The position numbers and the translations under genes were made by a program. Under the pieces are notes generated by a model. That model did no database searches and was not told where the DNA came from. It saw nothing but the letters and a program-made list of their open reading frames with translations. From Candidatus Woesearchaeota archaeon (GTDB lineage: Archaea > Nanobdellota > Nanobdellia > Woesearchaeales > GW2011-AR4), in the NCBI GenBank assembly GCA_016185755.1, contig JACPMX010000006.1:20412-84411 (forward strand): DNA of 64,000 nucleotides, in the 5' to 3' direction. Below are positions 31,093 to 40,003 of the stretch, one piece after another. Every line of letters starts with the position of its first letter. Positions within the stretch are counted from its first letter, which is position 1.

Positions 31093-31205
31093 TGGGCCCG
31101 ACCAGATTCGAACTGGTGACATTCACCTTGTAAGGGTGACGTCATTTGACGCCATGCAAACTCAGCAAATGCCAAATTTGCGCGGTACCGCTAGACCACG
31201 AGCCC
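31093..31205 (-). tRNA. tRNA-Val(TAC) with a 41-nt intron in the D-loop (~20/21)
   Basis: Acceptor GGGCTCG/CGGGCCC, anticodon arm TCACC-CTTACAA-GGTGA, T-arm ACCAG-TTCGAAT-CTGGT; removing ~31146-31186 gives a 72-nt tRNA; TATA-like TTTTATA ~27 nt upstream. Confidence 0.92.
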
Positions 31206-31270
31206 GAAATAAAGATTTGAATTAATACAGCCTATAAAAAGCTTTTGTCCGAACATGATTATGATAAATA

Positions 31271-31338
31271 GGCGAGGCGAGCGATGTGGCAAAACAGCGA
31301 AGCCGAGCACTAAATAATGTCACGAAGTGACGGATGAA
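31271..31338 (+). repeat. Structured dispersed repeat, copy A
   Basis: GGCGAGGC..TGGCA..GCCGAGCACTAAA TAAT GTCAC-GAA-GTGAC GGATGAA. Confidence 0.8.
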
Positions 31339-31383
31339 AAAATCAATAAAAGCCCATCATAAAATTTAAATATAAAAAATGGA

Positions 31384-31671
31384 TTAAACAGTAACCAGTG
31401 ATTTGGAATTCCCGCAGTAGAAATAGCTTCTTGAGTTTTCCAGCTTTAGGTATCTCTTGGCCCTGTCCAGCTGCTTTTTTGCCTTCAGGATCCTGTAGGA
31501 GCATTTGACTTCATACAGGTCAAACCTGCTGCCCTTTTTTGCCAGTATGTCCACCTCTCCCAATGAGCGCTTTAAGCGCCTGACCGGGACGTTTGTGGAT
31601 ATAGAATCATAGTTGCCTTTTATTTTGTCCTTCAGCTCAAGGACATACCTGTCATGTTTGGACAGCTTGAT
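31384..31671 (-). CDS. Small PD-(D/E)xK nuclease-fold protein (YraN/Hjc-like), ~95 aa, apparent ATC start (not in ORF track)
   Basis: Open frame containing GEVDILAKKG...LYEVKCS...AKKQL; SD GGTGA 4 nt before ATC; no in-frame ATG/GTG/TTG upstream. Confidence 0.7.
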   Translation of the reverse strand: MKLSKHDRYVLELKDKIKGNYDSISTNVPVRRLKRSLGEVDILAKKGSRFDLYEVKCSYRILKAKKQLDRAKRYLKLENSRSYFYCGNSKSLVTV

Positions 31672-31785
31672 GTTTTCACCCAGCCTCAGCCAATAATGAA
31701 TTTTTGGATTAGTGCTTTATATAATTTTCGGTTGTTATTCTGTAATGAATAAATTTAAATATAATCAGCCCTCAAAATTACCAAA

Positions 31786-32553
31786 ATGGATCCCCATGAA
31801 AGGATTTTCAGCATACTCTTCTCAAAAGCCGATGAGATAACCTGGCAGGGTATAATCTACGAGCTTGTCAGGAGCGAGCAGATGGACCCCTGGGACATTG
31901 ATGTCAGCATTCTGGCCCAGAAATACATCGACATGCTTAGAGGCCTCAAGGAGCATGATTTTCGCGTTTCAGGCAAGGTTCTGCTGGCAGCTGCTATTCT
32001 CCTTAAGATAAAGTCAAACAAGCTTGTAGGGGAGGATTTAAGCGAGCTGGACAGGCTTCTTATCGGAGTGGAAGAGGAGATGGAAGAGCTTGGCTTTGAC
32101 GAGACAGGCAGCATGCCCAAGATTGGCGACATTCCTGCATTGATACCCAGGACACCCCAGCCCAGAAAGAGGAAAGTTTCCATTTTTGACCTTGTGGAAG
32201 CGCTTGAGAGGGCTTTGGAAGTCAAGAAGAGAAGGCTGCTTCATTCAATACCTCCGTTAAACCTTGAAGCCCCAAAGAAGAAAAAAGACATAACCCAGGT
32301 CATAAGGGATGTCTACGGAAGGATAAAGGCATTTTTTATAACAGCGCTGAAGGACAAGCTGACTTTCTCAAAGCTTTTGCCTTCTGAATCCAGGGAAGAG
32401 AAGGTTTATACTTTTATACCATTGCTTCATCTGGCGCAGCAAAACAAGATAGAGCTTCTTCAGGAAACTCATTTTGGAGAGATAGAGGTTATGCTCAAGA
32501 AGAAGGAAGAGGAGCAGCAAGTTCAAGAGGCAAAGGAGACTGTTGAAGGATAA
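31786..32553 (+). CDS. scpA: Segregation and condensation protein A (kleisin)
   Basis: MDPWDIDVS, AAILLKIKS, DLVEALE and FIPLLHL. Confidence 0.92.
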   Translation: MDPHERIFSILFSKADEITWQGIIYELVRSEQMDPWDIDVSILAQKYIDMLRGLKEHDFRVSGKVLLAAAILLKIKSNKLVGEDLSELDRLLIGVEEEMEELGFDETGSMPKIGDIPALIPRTPQPRKRKVSIFDLVEALERALEVKKRRLLHSIPPLNLEAPKKKKDITQVIRDVYGRIKAFFITALKDKLTFSKLLPSESREEKVYTFIPLLHLAQQNKIELLQETHFGEIEVMLKKKEEEQQVQEAKETVEG

Positions 32554-32606
32554 TTTTTCCATAAAAAAATTTAAAAATAATTCATTTATCCAAAGATTAT
32601 GGATGA

Positions 32607-32801
32607 AGGAAAAGTTATGAGGGGTTTAAGGGCGACCAGAAACAATATGCCGATAAATTCAATACCTTTTACAACTTCATAAGGGGAAATCAAGAATTGA
32701 AAATGACACCTGCACAAAGGGCAGGAATACAGCAAAAAGCGGATTGGAGAGAATTGCTAAATAAAAGTATGGAGGTAAATAAAAATGCAAATAAAAATTA
32801 A
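32607..32801 (+). pseudogene. C-terminal remnant of a DDE transposase/integrase (IS6/IS1-like)
   Basis: Frame without a start: RKSYEGFK...FYNFIRGNQELKMTPAQRAGI...WRELL, matching the GFK..YNF.R....TPA..AGI..W tail. Confidence 0.6.
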
Positions 32802-33168
32802 CTATGGAGGTCATACAGAGCCTTTTCCAAATGTGGAAAGCACGGAAGAAATAAGAAAAATAGTTCAGAATGTGGAAGGTGTTCAAAGTGCTGATGTTCG
32901 GTATGTATCACAATTATCTGAAGGCTCTGGGATAAGTACTCAAATGATTATTGATTGTGCTACTCTTGGTTTAGGCATTGCAACTTTTATTTATACTCTT
33001 TATAGGGATAGACGTAGTAAGAATGAACCGATAAGAGTTCAAGTAAATAATCAAATAGTCAATATTTCAGAAAACGATAGTTTAGAGCAAGTTCAATTAA
33101 AGCTTCAAATAGATGGTCAAAATGAATCAAAACCCTCTACGCAACACCCAAATAAAAATGGAATATAA
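32785..33168 (+). CDS. Hypothetical protein with one hydrophobic helix
   Basis: SD GGAGGT; AT-rich; hydrophobic helix followed by YRDRR. Confidence 0.6.
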   Translation: MQIKINYGGHTEPFPNVESTEEIRKIVQNVEGVQSADVRYVSQLSEGSGISTQMIIDCATLGLGIATFIYTLYRDRRSKNEPIRVQVNNQIVNISENDSLEQVQLKLQIDGQNESKPSTQHPNKNGI

Positions 33169-33415
33169 AAAATTTGAAGAAGTTAGTCTTAAAGGAGAAG
33201 ATAGACAGGAGTGGTGTTTAGTAAGAATATTGCAAAGAAACAAAGGTGGTTGTTTCTTACAATTTGTTACAAAAAGACTTAATGGAAAAGAATTAGATTA
33301 TTCCAATATTGAAGAATTTGAATTAAACGAAGAAGAATCAAAAGAACTTTTAGGTAAAATAGAGAAAACAGCCGTTATGCAACAGCCGAAAACAACAGCT
33401 AAAGATACACCATAA
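33158..33415 (+). CDS. Hypothetical protein
   Basis: AT-rich ORF overlapping the previous stop; start moved to ATG at 33158. Confidence 0.5.
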   Translation: MEYKKFEEVSLKGEDRQEWCLVRILQRNKGGCFLQFVTKRLNGKELDYSNIEEFELNEEESKELLGKIEKTAVMQQPKTTAKDTP

Positions 33416-33479
33416 CCAATAACCCAAAATCCCTTTAAAACCGAAAACTATAAATATAACTATATTTATATCTATAATT

Positions 33480-33680
33480 ATGGCAACAACAATAGCAGTT
33501 AAGGAAAGCACACTGCAGCTTCTTGCAAAAGTAAAGAAGAAAACAGAAGCAGCCAGCATGGATGAGACAATCCAGATGCTTTTGCAAAAATTTGAGCATG
33601 TGCCGAATTCAAGGTTTGGCTCTCAGCCCAGATTAGGCAAGTTTGAAGAAAAAGACAGGATGAAGGCTCATGAGCTTTAG
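33480..33680 (+). CDS. VapB-like antitoxin
   Basis: MATTIAV...L...K....SMDETI..LL; overlaps the PIN gene. Confidence 0.8.
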   Translation: MATTIAVKESTLQLLAKVKKKTEAASMDETIQMLLQKFEHVPNSRFGSQPRLGKFEEKDRMKAHEL

Positions 33681-34053
33681 CTATGTTATAGACTCTTATG
33701 CCTGGGTTGAATATTTCCGCGGCACAAATGAGGGGGCTGCTGCAAAGGAGTATATTGAGAAAAAAAGCAATGCAACATGCTCAATAACAATAGCAGAGCT
33801 TGCTGAGAAATACAAAAGGGAAAATAAAGACTTTTCAGAAGACTACCACTTTATTGTATCCAAAAGCGAGATAATTGATTTAAGCGGCGATATCGCGCTT
33901 GCCGCAGGAGAAATTAATTTTGAAAGCAAGAAGAAAATCAAGAACTGGGGAATGTCTGATTCAATTATACTGGCAACTGCAAGAATGTCCAATGCAAAGG
34001 TTGTGACCGGGGATGAGCATTTCAGGAACCTGAATGAAGTGATGATAAATTAA
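33670..34053 (+). CDS. vapC: VapC/PIN-domain toxin
   Basis: VIDSYAWVEYF, IAEL, DSIILATA and VVTGDEHF. Confidence 0.9.
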   Translation: MSFSYVIDSYAWVEYFRGTNEGAAAKEYIEKKSNATCSITIAELAEKYKRENKDFSEDYHFIVSKSEIIDLSGDIALAAGEINFESKKKIKNWGMSDSIILATARMSNAKVVTGDEHFRNLNEVMIN

Positions 34054-34116
34054 AATCTAAAACCCAAATCTTTTTAAACAGCCGGTTTTCCTATAGACTG
34101 CAAAGGGTGGGTATAT

Positions 34117-35091
34117 TTGCTAAAGGAACACTTCAAGCTTATCTCAGGAACTGCCAACAGGAAGCTCAGCGAAGGTGTGGCTAATCTGCTAAAGGTGCCT
34201 TTAACCCCTGTCGAAATAAAGCGCTTCCATGACGGGGAGATTTATTGCAGGGTGCTTGAAAGCGTAAGAGGCTGCGATGTTTTCATAATCCAGCCAACTT
34301 CCCCTGATGCAAGCCTTAACCTTATGGAGCTTCTCATTTTGATTGATGCCCTTAAAAGGTCATCTCCTGACAAGATAACTGCAGTCATTCCGTATTACGG
34401 GTATTGCAGGCAGGACAAGAAAACAAAGCCAAGGGAGCCGATAACGGCAAAGCTTGTCGCAAACATGATAACAATTGCAGGGGCCGACCGGGTCATAATG
34501 TTCGATGTCCACGTTGCCCAGGTGCAGGGCTTTTTTGACATACCAAGCGACAACCTTGATGTGATACCTCTTTTTGCGGATTACATAGCAGACAAGAAAT
34601 TGAAGGATATAGTCATCGTGAGCCCCGATGCCGGAGGGGCTTCAAGGGCAAGGTCATTCGCAAAAGTCCTGAATGCCCCGATAGCCATTATTGACAAGAG
34701 AAGGCCGGAGCAGAACGTTGCTGCGGTTGAAAACGTGATAGGGAATGTAAAAGGCAGGACAGCATTCATTGTTGACGACATAATAGACACGGCCGGCTCG
34801 ATAACAGAAGCGGCCAGCATATTGCTTAAGTTTGGCGCAAAAGAAGTATATGCGCTTGCAACCCACGGGGTTTTTTCAAGTCCTGCTGTTGACAGGCTGA
34901 ACAAGTCGCAGATAAAAGAAGTTGTTGTTACAGACACAATTGACATACCAAAAGAGAAGAGGGCAAGCAAGCTTAAACTCATCTCAATTGTCCCGCTGCT
35001 TTCAGAAACGGTCAAAAGAACACATGAAGGCCTGCCGATGGGAGTAGTGTATGAAGAAATGTACAGAAAAATAGAGAAAAAAATAAAATAA
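34117..35091 (+). CDS. prs: Ribose-phosphate pyrophosphokinase
   Basis: F.DGE, PYYGY.RQD, SPDAGG, DKRR, VDDIIDTAGS and THG; TTG start. Confidence 0.95.
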   Translation: MLKEHFKLISGTANRKLSEGVANLLKVPLTPVEIKRFHDGEIYCRVLESVRGCDVFIIQPTSPDASLNLMELLILIDALKRSSPDKITAVIPYYGYCRQDKKTKPREPITAKLVANMITIAGADRVIMFDVHVAQVQGFFDIPSDNLDVIPLFADYIADKKLKDIVIVSPDAGGASRARSFAKVLNAPIAIIDKRRPEQNVAAVENVIGNVKGRTAFIVDDIIDTAGSITEAASILLKFGAKEVYALATHGVFSSPAVDRLNKSQIKEVVVTDTIDIPKEKRASKLKLISIVPLLSETVKRTHEGLPMGVVYEEMYRKIEKKIK

Positions 35092-35096
35092 GTAAA

Positions 35097-35513
35097 ATGG
35101 AAGAAAGGGAAAAGCAGGCGCAGGAAATGTATATGGAGTTCCAGGCCCTGGACCAGCACATAAAGCAGCTGCAGAAGCAGCTTGAAATGGTCACCCACCA
35201 GCTGATGGAGCTGCATTCAACCAGCAGCGGCCTTGAGGAATTCAATAAAATCGGGCAGGGAAAAGAGATATTGGTGCCCCTCAGCTCCGGAATATTCGCA
35301 AAAGCCAGCATAAAGGAAACTTCCGAGCTGCTTGTCAATGTAGGGGCCAATATTGTTGTCAAAAAAGACGTTGCATCGGCAAAAAAGCTCATCCAGGGAC
35401 AGATGGAAGAGATAAAAAAAATACAGAAGCAGATGGTCGACGAGCTTGAGAAGATGACAAGCCACGCTGCCGGCATAGAGGCAAGGCTGCAGCAATTGGT
35501 TTCGCAGGAATAA
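35097..35513 (+). CDS. pfdA: Prefoldin alpha subunit
   Basis: Coiled coils flanking EILVPLSSGIF...LLVNVGANIVV hairpins. Confidence 0.9.
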   Translation: MEEREKQAQEMYMEFQALDQHIKQLQKQLEMVTHQLMELHSTSSGLEEFNKIGQGKEILVPLSSGIFAKASIKETSELLVNVGANIVVKKDVASAKKLIQGQMEEIKKIQKQMVDELEKMTSHAAGIEARLQQLVSQE

Positions 35514-35543
35514 TTTCTGATTTTTTAAGATGTTAAAATCAAC

Positions 35544-35565
35544 ATTTGCCGAAGGCGGATTGAAA
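35544..35565 (+). repeat. Partial copy D of the structured repeat (3' hairpin only)
   Basis: ATTT GCC-GAA-GGC GGATTGAAA, matching the 3' ends of copies B and C. Confidence 0.6.
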
Positions 35566-35597
35566 TCAGCTTCAATAAAATTAAATAAAAAATTCAA

Positions 35598-36410
35598 ATG
35601 AAAAAACCAATCATCAGCCTTACAAGCGATTTTGGCGTTCAGACACAGGGCGTCGGAATCATGGAAGCTGTCGCTTTACAGATTAATCCTGAGGCAAAAG
35701 TAATACACTTAATGCACGGCCTGCCGGATTTCAATTTGCATTGCGCGGCAAGGACAATGGAAGCTGTAACCTACATGCCCATTGGATTTCACGTCTGCGT
35801 TGTAGATCCCGGCGTCGGGACAAAAAGGAAGCCCATAATAATCGAAACCGGCAGGGGCGATTTTCTGATCGGGCCTGACAACGGCGTTTTGATTCCAGCG
35901 ACAAGATTCCTTGGAGGGATAAAAAAAGCTGTAGAAATAACAAATGAGAAGTACATGAGGAAGCCCGTTTCTCCTGTTTTCCACGGAAGGGACATCTTTA
36001 CCCCGGCAGCGGCGTATTTGTCAAAAGGAATAAAAATCAATGGCTTTGGAAAAGAGATAAGCCCGAAAAACCTTGCCAGGGCCCCCTATGAAGAGGCAAA
36101 AGCAGAAGGGAATAAAATAAATGCAAAGGTCATATCAATCAACAAGTTCGGCTCGATCCACCTTAACATAACACATGCAGAATGGGATAAATTCAACATA
36201 AAATTAAATAGTTTTGTGGCCTTGAATTTAGGCAATAAATCTTTGAACCTGCCGCACTCGGCTACTTTCGGGGATGTTGCAAACGGGGAGCCTTTGATTT
36301 TCAAGGACGATTACGGCAAGATGGAAATCGCGCTCAACATGGGCAATTTTTCAAAAAAATACAGCGTAAGCATAGGAGATGAATGCACTATAAGGAAGGT
36401 GGCAAGATAA
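35598..36410 (+). CDS. SAM hydroxide adenosyltransferase (DUF62 / chlorinase-fluorinase family)
   Basis: LTSDFG, VVDPGVGT.R, GPDNG, FHGRDIF and EIALNMG. Confidence 0.92.
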   Translation: MKKPIISLTSDFGVQTQGVGIMEAVALQINPEAKVIHLMHGLPDFNLHCAARTMEAVTYMPIGFHVCVVDPGVGTKRKPIIIETGRGDFLIGPDNGVLIPATRFLGGIKKAVEITNEKYMRKPVSPVFHGRDIFTPAAAYLSKGIKINGFGKEISPKNLARAPYEEAKAEGNKINAKVISINKFGSIHLNITHAEWDKFNIKLNSFVALNLGNKSLNLPHSATFGDVANGEPLIFKDDYGKMEIALNMGNFSKKYSVSIGDECTIRKVAR

Positions 36411-37880
36411 ATGTTCAAGTTCCTGAAAGACAAGCTGAAAAGCGCAATATCGAAAATTTCTGAAGGCGTCGAGAAAGAGGGTAAACTAGAAGAGAAGGAA
36501 GTAGAAATTCCAGTCCAAAATGCCCCTGAGCCGGAAACAAAGGGATTTTTTGCAAGAATCAAGGAGAAGATTGTAGGCAAACCGGAAATAAAGGTGCAGC
36601 CTTCTGTAGACGAGCCCGAAGAAACTGTACCTGAGGTTATGTCTAAAAATGAACTTGAAGCCCTTAAAAAAACAACCGAAAATACAGAGATTGCAGGGAG
36701 TAGTATCCCAGAGTTTTATGGCAAAGCTAAAAAGATGCATTATGATGAAAAATTTCATGAAAAAAGCCAAAAAACTTTTGAAGCCAATATTGAAAAAGCA
36801 AAACAAGAAACTCACCAAAAAAAGCTTAAGAAAGCCCGCAAGCCCGATGTCAAAATCTTCCATAAGCCGAAGGAGATTGAAAAAGAAAAAATAAAGGAAG
36901 AATTGTTTGAAAAAATAAAGCCAAAAATAGAGGCAAAGGAAATATTTGAAGCAAAAAAAACAGAGCCAAAAGAGGAAAAAATAATCGAGCCCGGGAAAAA
37001 AGGCTTTTTTGCAGCGATAAGGGAAAAAATAATAACAACAAAGATTGATGAAGCTCAGTTTGAGAAGCTGTTTTGGGAAATGGAAATGGCCCTTATGGAA
37101 AGCAACGTGGCTGTTGAAGTGATAGGAAAAATAAAGAATGACCTGAAAAGCGAGCTTGTTGAAAAGCCGATAAGGAGAACCAAGGTAGAGGATACGGTTA
37201 TGCTGGCTTTGAAGAGCTCAATTGAGGGGCTGTTTGAAAATGATGGCATCAATCTGCTTGATGAAATAAAAAGCAAGCAGGAAAAGCCCTATGTCATAGC
37301 TTTCTTCGGCATTAACGGAAGCGGCAAGACAACAAGCATTGCAAAGCTGGCAAGCATGCTGAAGTCAAATAAAATCTCGTGCGTCCTTGCAGCCTCTGAC
37401 ACTTTCAGGGCAGCATCAATAGAGCAGCTGCAGCAGCATGCTGACAAGCTGGAAATAAAGCTGATCAAGCATGATTATGGAAGCGACCCTGCAGCAGTGG
37501 CATTTGATGCAGTTAAGCATGCAAAGGCAAAAAACATCGACGCTGTTCTGGTTGACACTGCGGGCAGGATGCACAGCAATGAAAATCTTATTGCCGAGAT
37601 GAAAAAAATAATAAGGGTTGCAAAGCCTGACTTGAAGATATTTGTGGGAGAAAGCATAACCGGAAATGACTGTGTCGAGCAGGCAAAGACATTCAACGAT
37701 GCAGTAGGCATTGACGGGATAATACTGGCTAAAGCAGATATTGACGAGAAAGGCGGCGCTGCCGTTTCTGTCTCTTATGTGACGAAAAAGCCGATTTTAT
37801 TTCTGGGAACCGGGCAAGCATACAGCGACCTTGAGACTTTTGACAAGGAAAAGATAATGAAGAATATTGGATTGGCTTGA
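36411..37880 (+). CDS. ftsY: SRP receptor FtsY with long charged N-terminus
   Basis: GINGSGKTT, DTFRAA, DTAGR, K.D...KGG and GTGQ.Y.DL. Confidence 0.95.
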   Translation: MFKFLKDKLKSAISKISEGVEKEGKLEEKEVEIPVQNAPEPETKGFFARIKEKIVGKPEIKVQPSVDEPEETVPEVMSKNELEALKKTTENTEIAGSSIPEFYGKAKKMHYDEKFHEKSQKTFEANIEKAKQETHQKKLKKARKPDVKIFHKPKEIEKEKIKEELFEKIKPKIEAKEIFEAKKTEPKEEKIIEPGKKGFFAAIREKIITTKIDEAQFEKLFWEMEMALMESNVAVEVIGKIKNDLKSELVEKPIRRTKVEDTVMLALKSSIEGLFENDGINLLDEIKSKQEKPYVIAFFGINGSGKTTSIAKLASMLKSNKISCVLAASDTFRAASIEQLQQHADKLEIKLIKHDYGSDPAAVAFDAVKHAKAKNIDAVLVDTAGRMHSNENLIAEMKKIIRVAKPDLKIFVGESITGNDCVEQAKTFNDAVGIDGIILAKADIDEKGGAAVSVSYVTKKPILFLGTGQAYSDLETFDKEKIMKNIGLA

Positions 37881-38543
37881 TCAATAAAACTCAATCTTCC
37901 CGTCCAGGTAAATCCCCTTGTGCAGCTTCACAGGCCTCCATTCATCAGCAATCAAATCGGCATGCAGCCATTCTGCAAGCTCTTCTGCATTCCCTATAGT
38001 CGCGCTCAGCCCTATTATCTGCACATTCTTTAAAATCTTTTTTAGGATGGTGAGCAGGATCTCCAGCGTAGGGCCCCTTTCAGTGTCGTTAAGGAGATGG
38101 ATTTCGTCAACAACAACAGTTGCTATGCCTGCAAGCCATGGCGCATGGTGCCTTGTCAAAGAGTCAAGCTTTTCTGATGTAGTGACAATCAGGTCGTAGT
38201 CTGCAAGAAAAGGGTCTGCCGAATCAATATCTCCGATGGACAGCGCGATTTTCGCGATATCCCCGTATTTCCTCTTGAAGTCCCTGTATTTTTCTGATGC
38301 AAGCGCCTTAAGCGGAACAATGTAAACTGCCTTTCCTTTTCCCTCAATTACTGATTTCATAGCAGCAAGCTCAGCTATCAGGGTTTTTCCAGATGCGGTA
38401 GGGGTGCAGACAAGAAGGCTTTTTCCCTCCAAAAGGCCTTTTTTGACTGATTTTTCCTGGGCAGGCCTGAGCTTTGTTATCTCTTTTTCAAGAATGCCGT
38501 AAAGCTCCCTGGGTATCCTGTCTTTTATTGATTTCAGCTCCAT
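37881..38543 (-). CDS. Stand-alone N-terminal RecA domain of a Ski2/Hel308-like helicase
   Basis: LRPAQ, PTASGKT, VPLKALA, DEIH, RGPTLE, LSAT and WRPVKL; stops at 220 aa with no helicase C domain. Confidence 0.85.
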   Translation of the reverse strand: MELKSIKDRIPRELYGILEKEITKLRPAQEKSVKKGLLEGKSLLVCTPTASGKTLIAELAAMKSVIEGKGKAVYIVPLKALASEKYRDFKRKYGDIAKIALSIGDIDSADPFLADYDLIVTTSEKLDSLTRHHAPWLAGIATVVVDEIHLLNDTERGPTLEILLTILKKILKNVQIIGLSATIGNAEELAEWLHADLIADEWRPVKLHKGIYLDGKIEFY

Positions 38544-38617
38544 GATTCGGAATATCCCACTATTGTTTTTAAATATTATGAAAAAAATTTATATACCGGA
38601 TGCACCAGTTCCGGGAA

Positions 38618-39043
38618 ATGAAACCTCTGGCTCATTTTATTGCATCCCTTGCCTTGGCTGCGCTGCTTTATCCCGTGCTTGGCTGGAAAGCCATGCTCAT
38701 CTTTGCAGGCGGAGTTCTCATAGACATCGACCATTATCTCTGGTATGTTTACAAATACCGGAAAATCGGCTTTTTTAAGGCATACAGATTCTTCTCGAAA
38801 AACACAGATGCAAGGGATTTTTCAAATTTCGAGGGAATACTGCTTTTGTTCCACACAGTGGAATTTTTGCTTGTATCAGTTGTGCTGTCTTTTTATTCCC
38901 GGCTGGCTCTTGCCTTTACAGCAGGATTGATTCTGCACTATGGGTTAGACACTATCTACTTATACCGCATAGCGGGCCGGTTTATTGTGAATCACTCCCT
39001 AATCCACTGGATTTACAGCAGCCATATCAAAAAGCTTAAATAA
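38618..39043 (+). CDS. Putative membrane-bound metal-dependent hydrolase
   Basis: AHF, DIDH, FHTVE and LHYGLD within TM segments. Confidence 0.6.
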   Translation: MKPLAHFIASLALAALLYPVLGWKAMLIFAGGVLIDIDHYLWYVYKYRKIGFFKAYRFFSKNTDARDFSNFEGILLLFHTVEFLLVSVVLSFYSRLALAFTAGLILHYGLDTIYLYRIAGRFIVNHSLIHWIYSSHIKKLK

Positions 39044-39064
39044 TTCTATAATGAGTTGGTGCCT

Positions 39065-40003
39065 ATGGGCACAATAAGGAAAGACTATATTCTTGACCGG
39101 TGGGTGTACTATGCGGCTGAAAGGAAAAAAAGGCCCAGGGACTTCAAGAGCATAGAGGTCAAAGACAATTCAAAAGCATGCTTTTTCTGCCCGTGGAACA
39201 CGCATTTGACGCCTCCGGAAATCGGCAGGGTCGAGTACAAAAACGGGTGGAAAATGAGGTGGTTCCTGAACAAGTTTCCTGCATTAAGGAAAAAAGGAAG
39301 CCCCAAAATAAAATCCAAAAAATTCTTCTCTGAAGGGGATTCTTACGGCGTTCACGAGGTGATTGTTGAAACCCCGCATCATAAATCCCAGCTTGCCGAC
39401 CTGCCGGTTCAGCAGATAAGGGAGCTGCTCGGTGTTTATAAGTGGAGGATAAGGGAATTGAGCGGCGTTAAAGGAATAAAGTATGTCAGCGTATTCAAGA
39501 ACCATGGAAAGGACGCAGGCACTTCTCTTGTCCACAGCCATTCGCAGGTTATGGCCTTGACCCAGGTTCCGCAGCTAATAGAAGAAAAACTGGTTGCAGT
39601 AAAAAAACACAAGAAATGCCCTTATTGCGACATCATAAAAGCCGAGACAAAGTCAAAAAGAAAGATTTTCGAGACAAAAAATGTCGTTGCATTTGCCCCT
39701 TTTGCCTCGCGCTTCAACTACGAGGCCTGGATATTCACAAAGCAGCACAAAAGGGCAATGGAAGGGCTTGAGGAAAATGAATTGATGGATCTGGCATCAG
39801 CCTTGAAAAAAATAATATCCAAATTGAAAAGCATCAATGTTTCCTACAATTTTTACGTCCATTACTCCCCTTCAAATGAAGACCTGCACTTCCACATTGA
39901 AGTGGCTCCAAGAATGGCAACATGGGGCGGCTTTGAATTGTCGACAAACTATGTCATAAATTCTGTTTTACCGGAAGACGCGGCAAGGTTTTACAGAGGA
40001 TGA
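39065..40003 (+). CDS. galT: Galactose-1-phosphate uridylyltransferase (GalT family)
   Basis: R.KRP, CFFCP, NKFPAL, HEVIVE and FKNHG..AGTSL.HSHSQ. Confidence 0.9.
   Translation: MGTIRKDYILDRWVYYAAERKKRPRDFKSIEVKDNSKACFFCPWNTHLTPPEIGRVEYKNGWKMRWFLNKFPALRKKGSPKIKSKKFFSEGDSYGVHEVIVETPHHKSQLADLPVQQIRELLGVYKWRIRELSGVKGIKYVSVFKNHGKDAGTSLVHSHSQVMALTQVPQLIEEKLVAVKKHKKCPYCDIIKAETKSKRKIFETKNVVAFAPFASRFNYEAWIFTKQHKRAMEGLEENELMDLASALKKIISKLKSINVSYNFYVHYSPSNEDLHFHIEVAPRMATWGGFELSTNYVINSVLPEDAARFYRG

Noticed and set aside
36411-37040. Duplicated GFFA.I.EKI segments in the FtsY N-terminus
   Set aside because: Amphipathic membrane-targeting helices in variable FtsY N-termini are expected.
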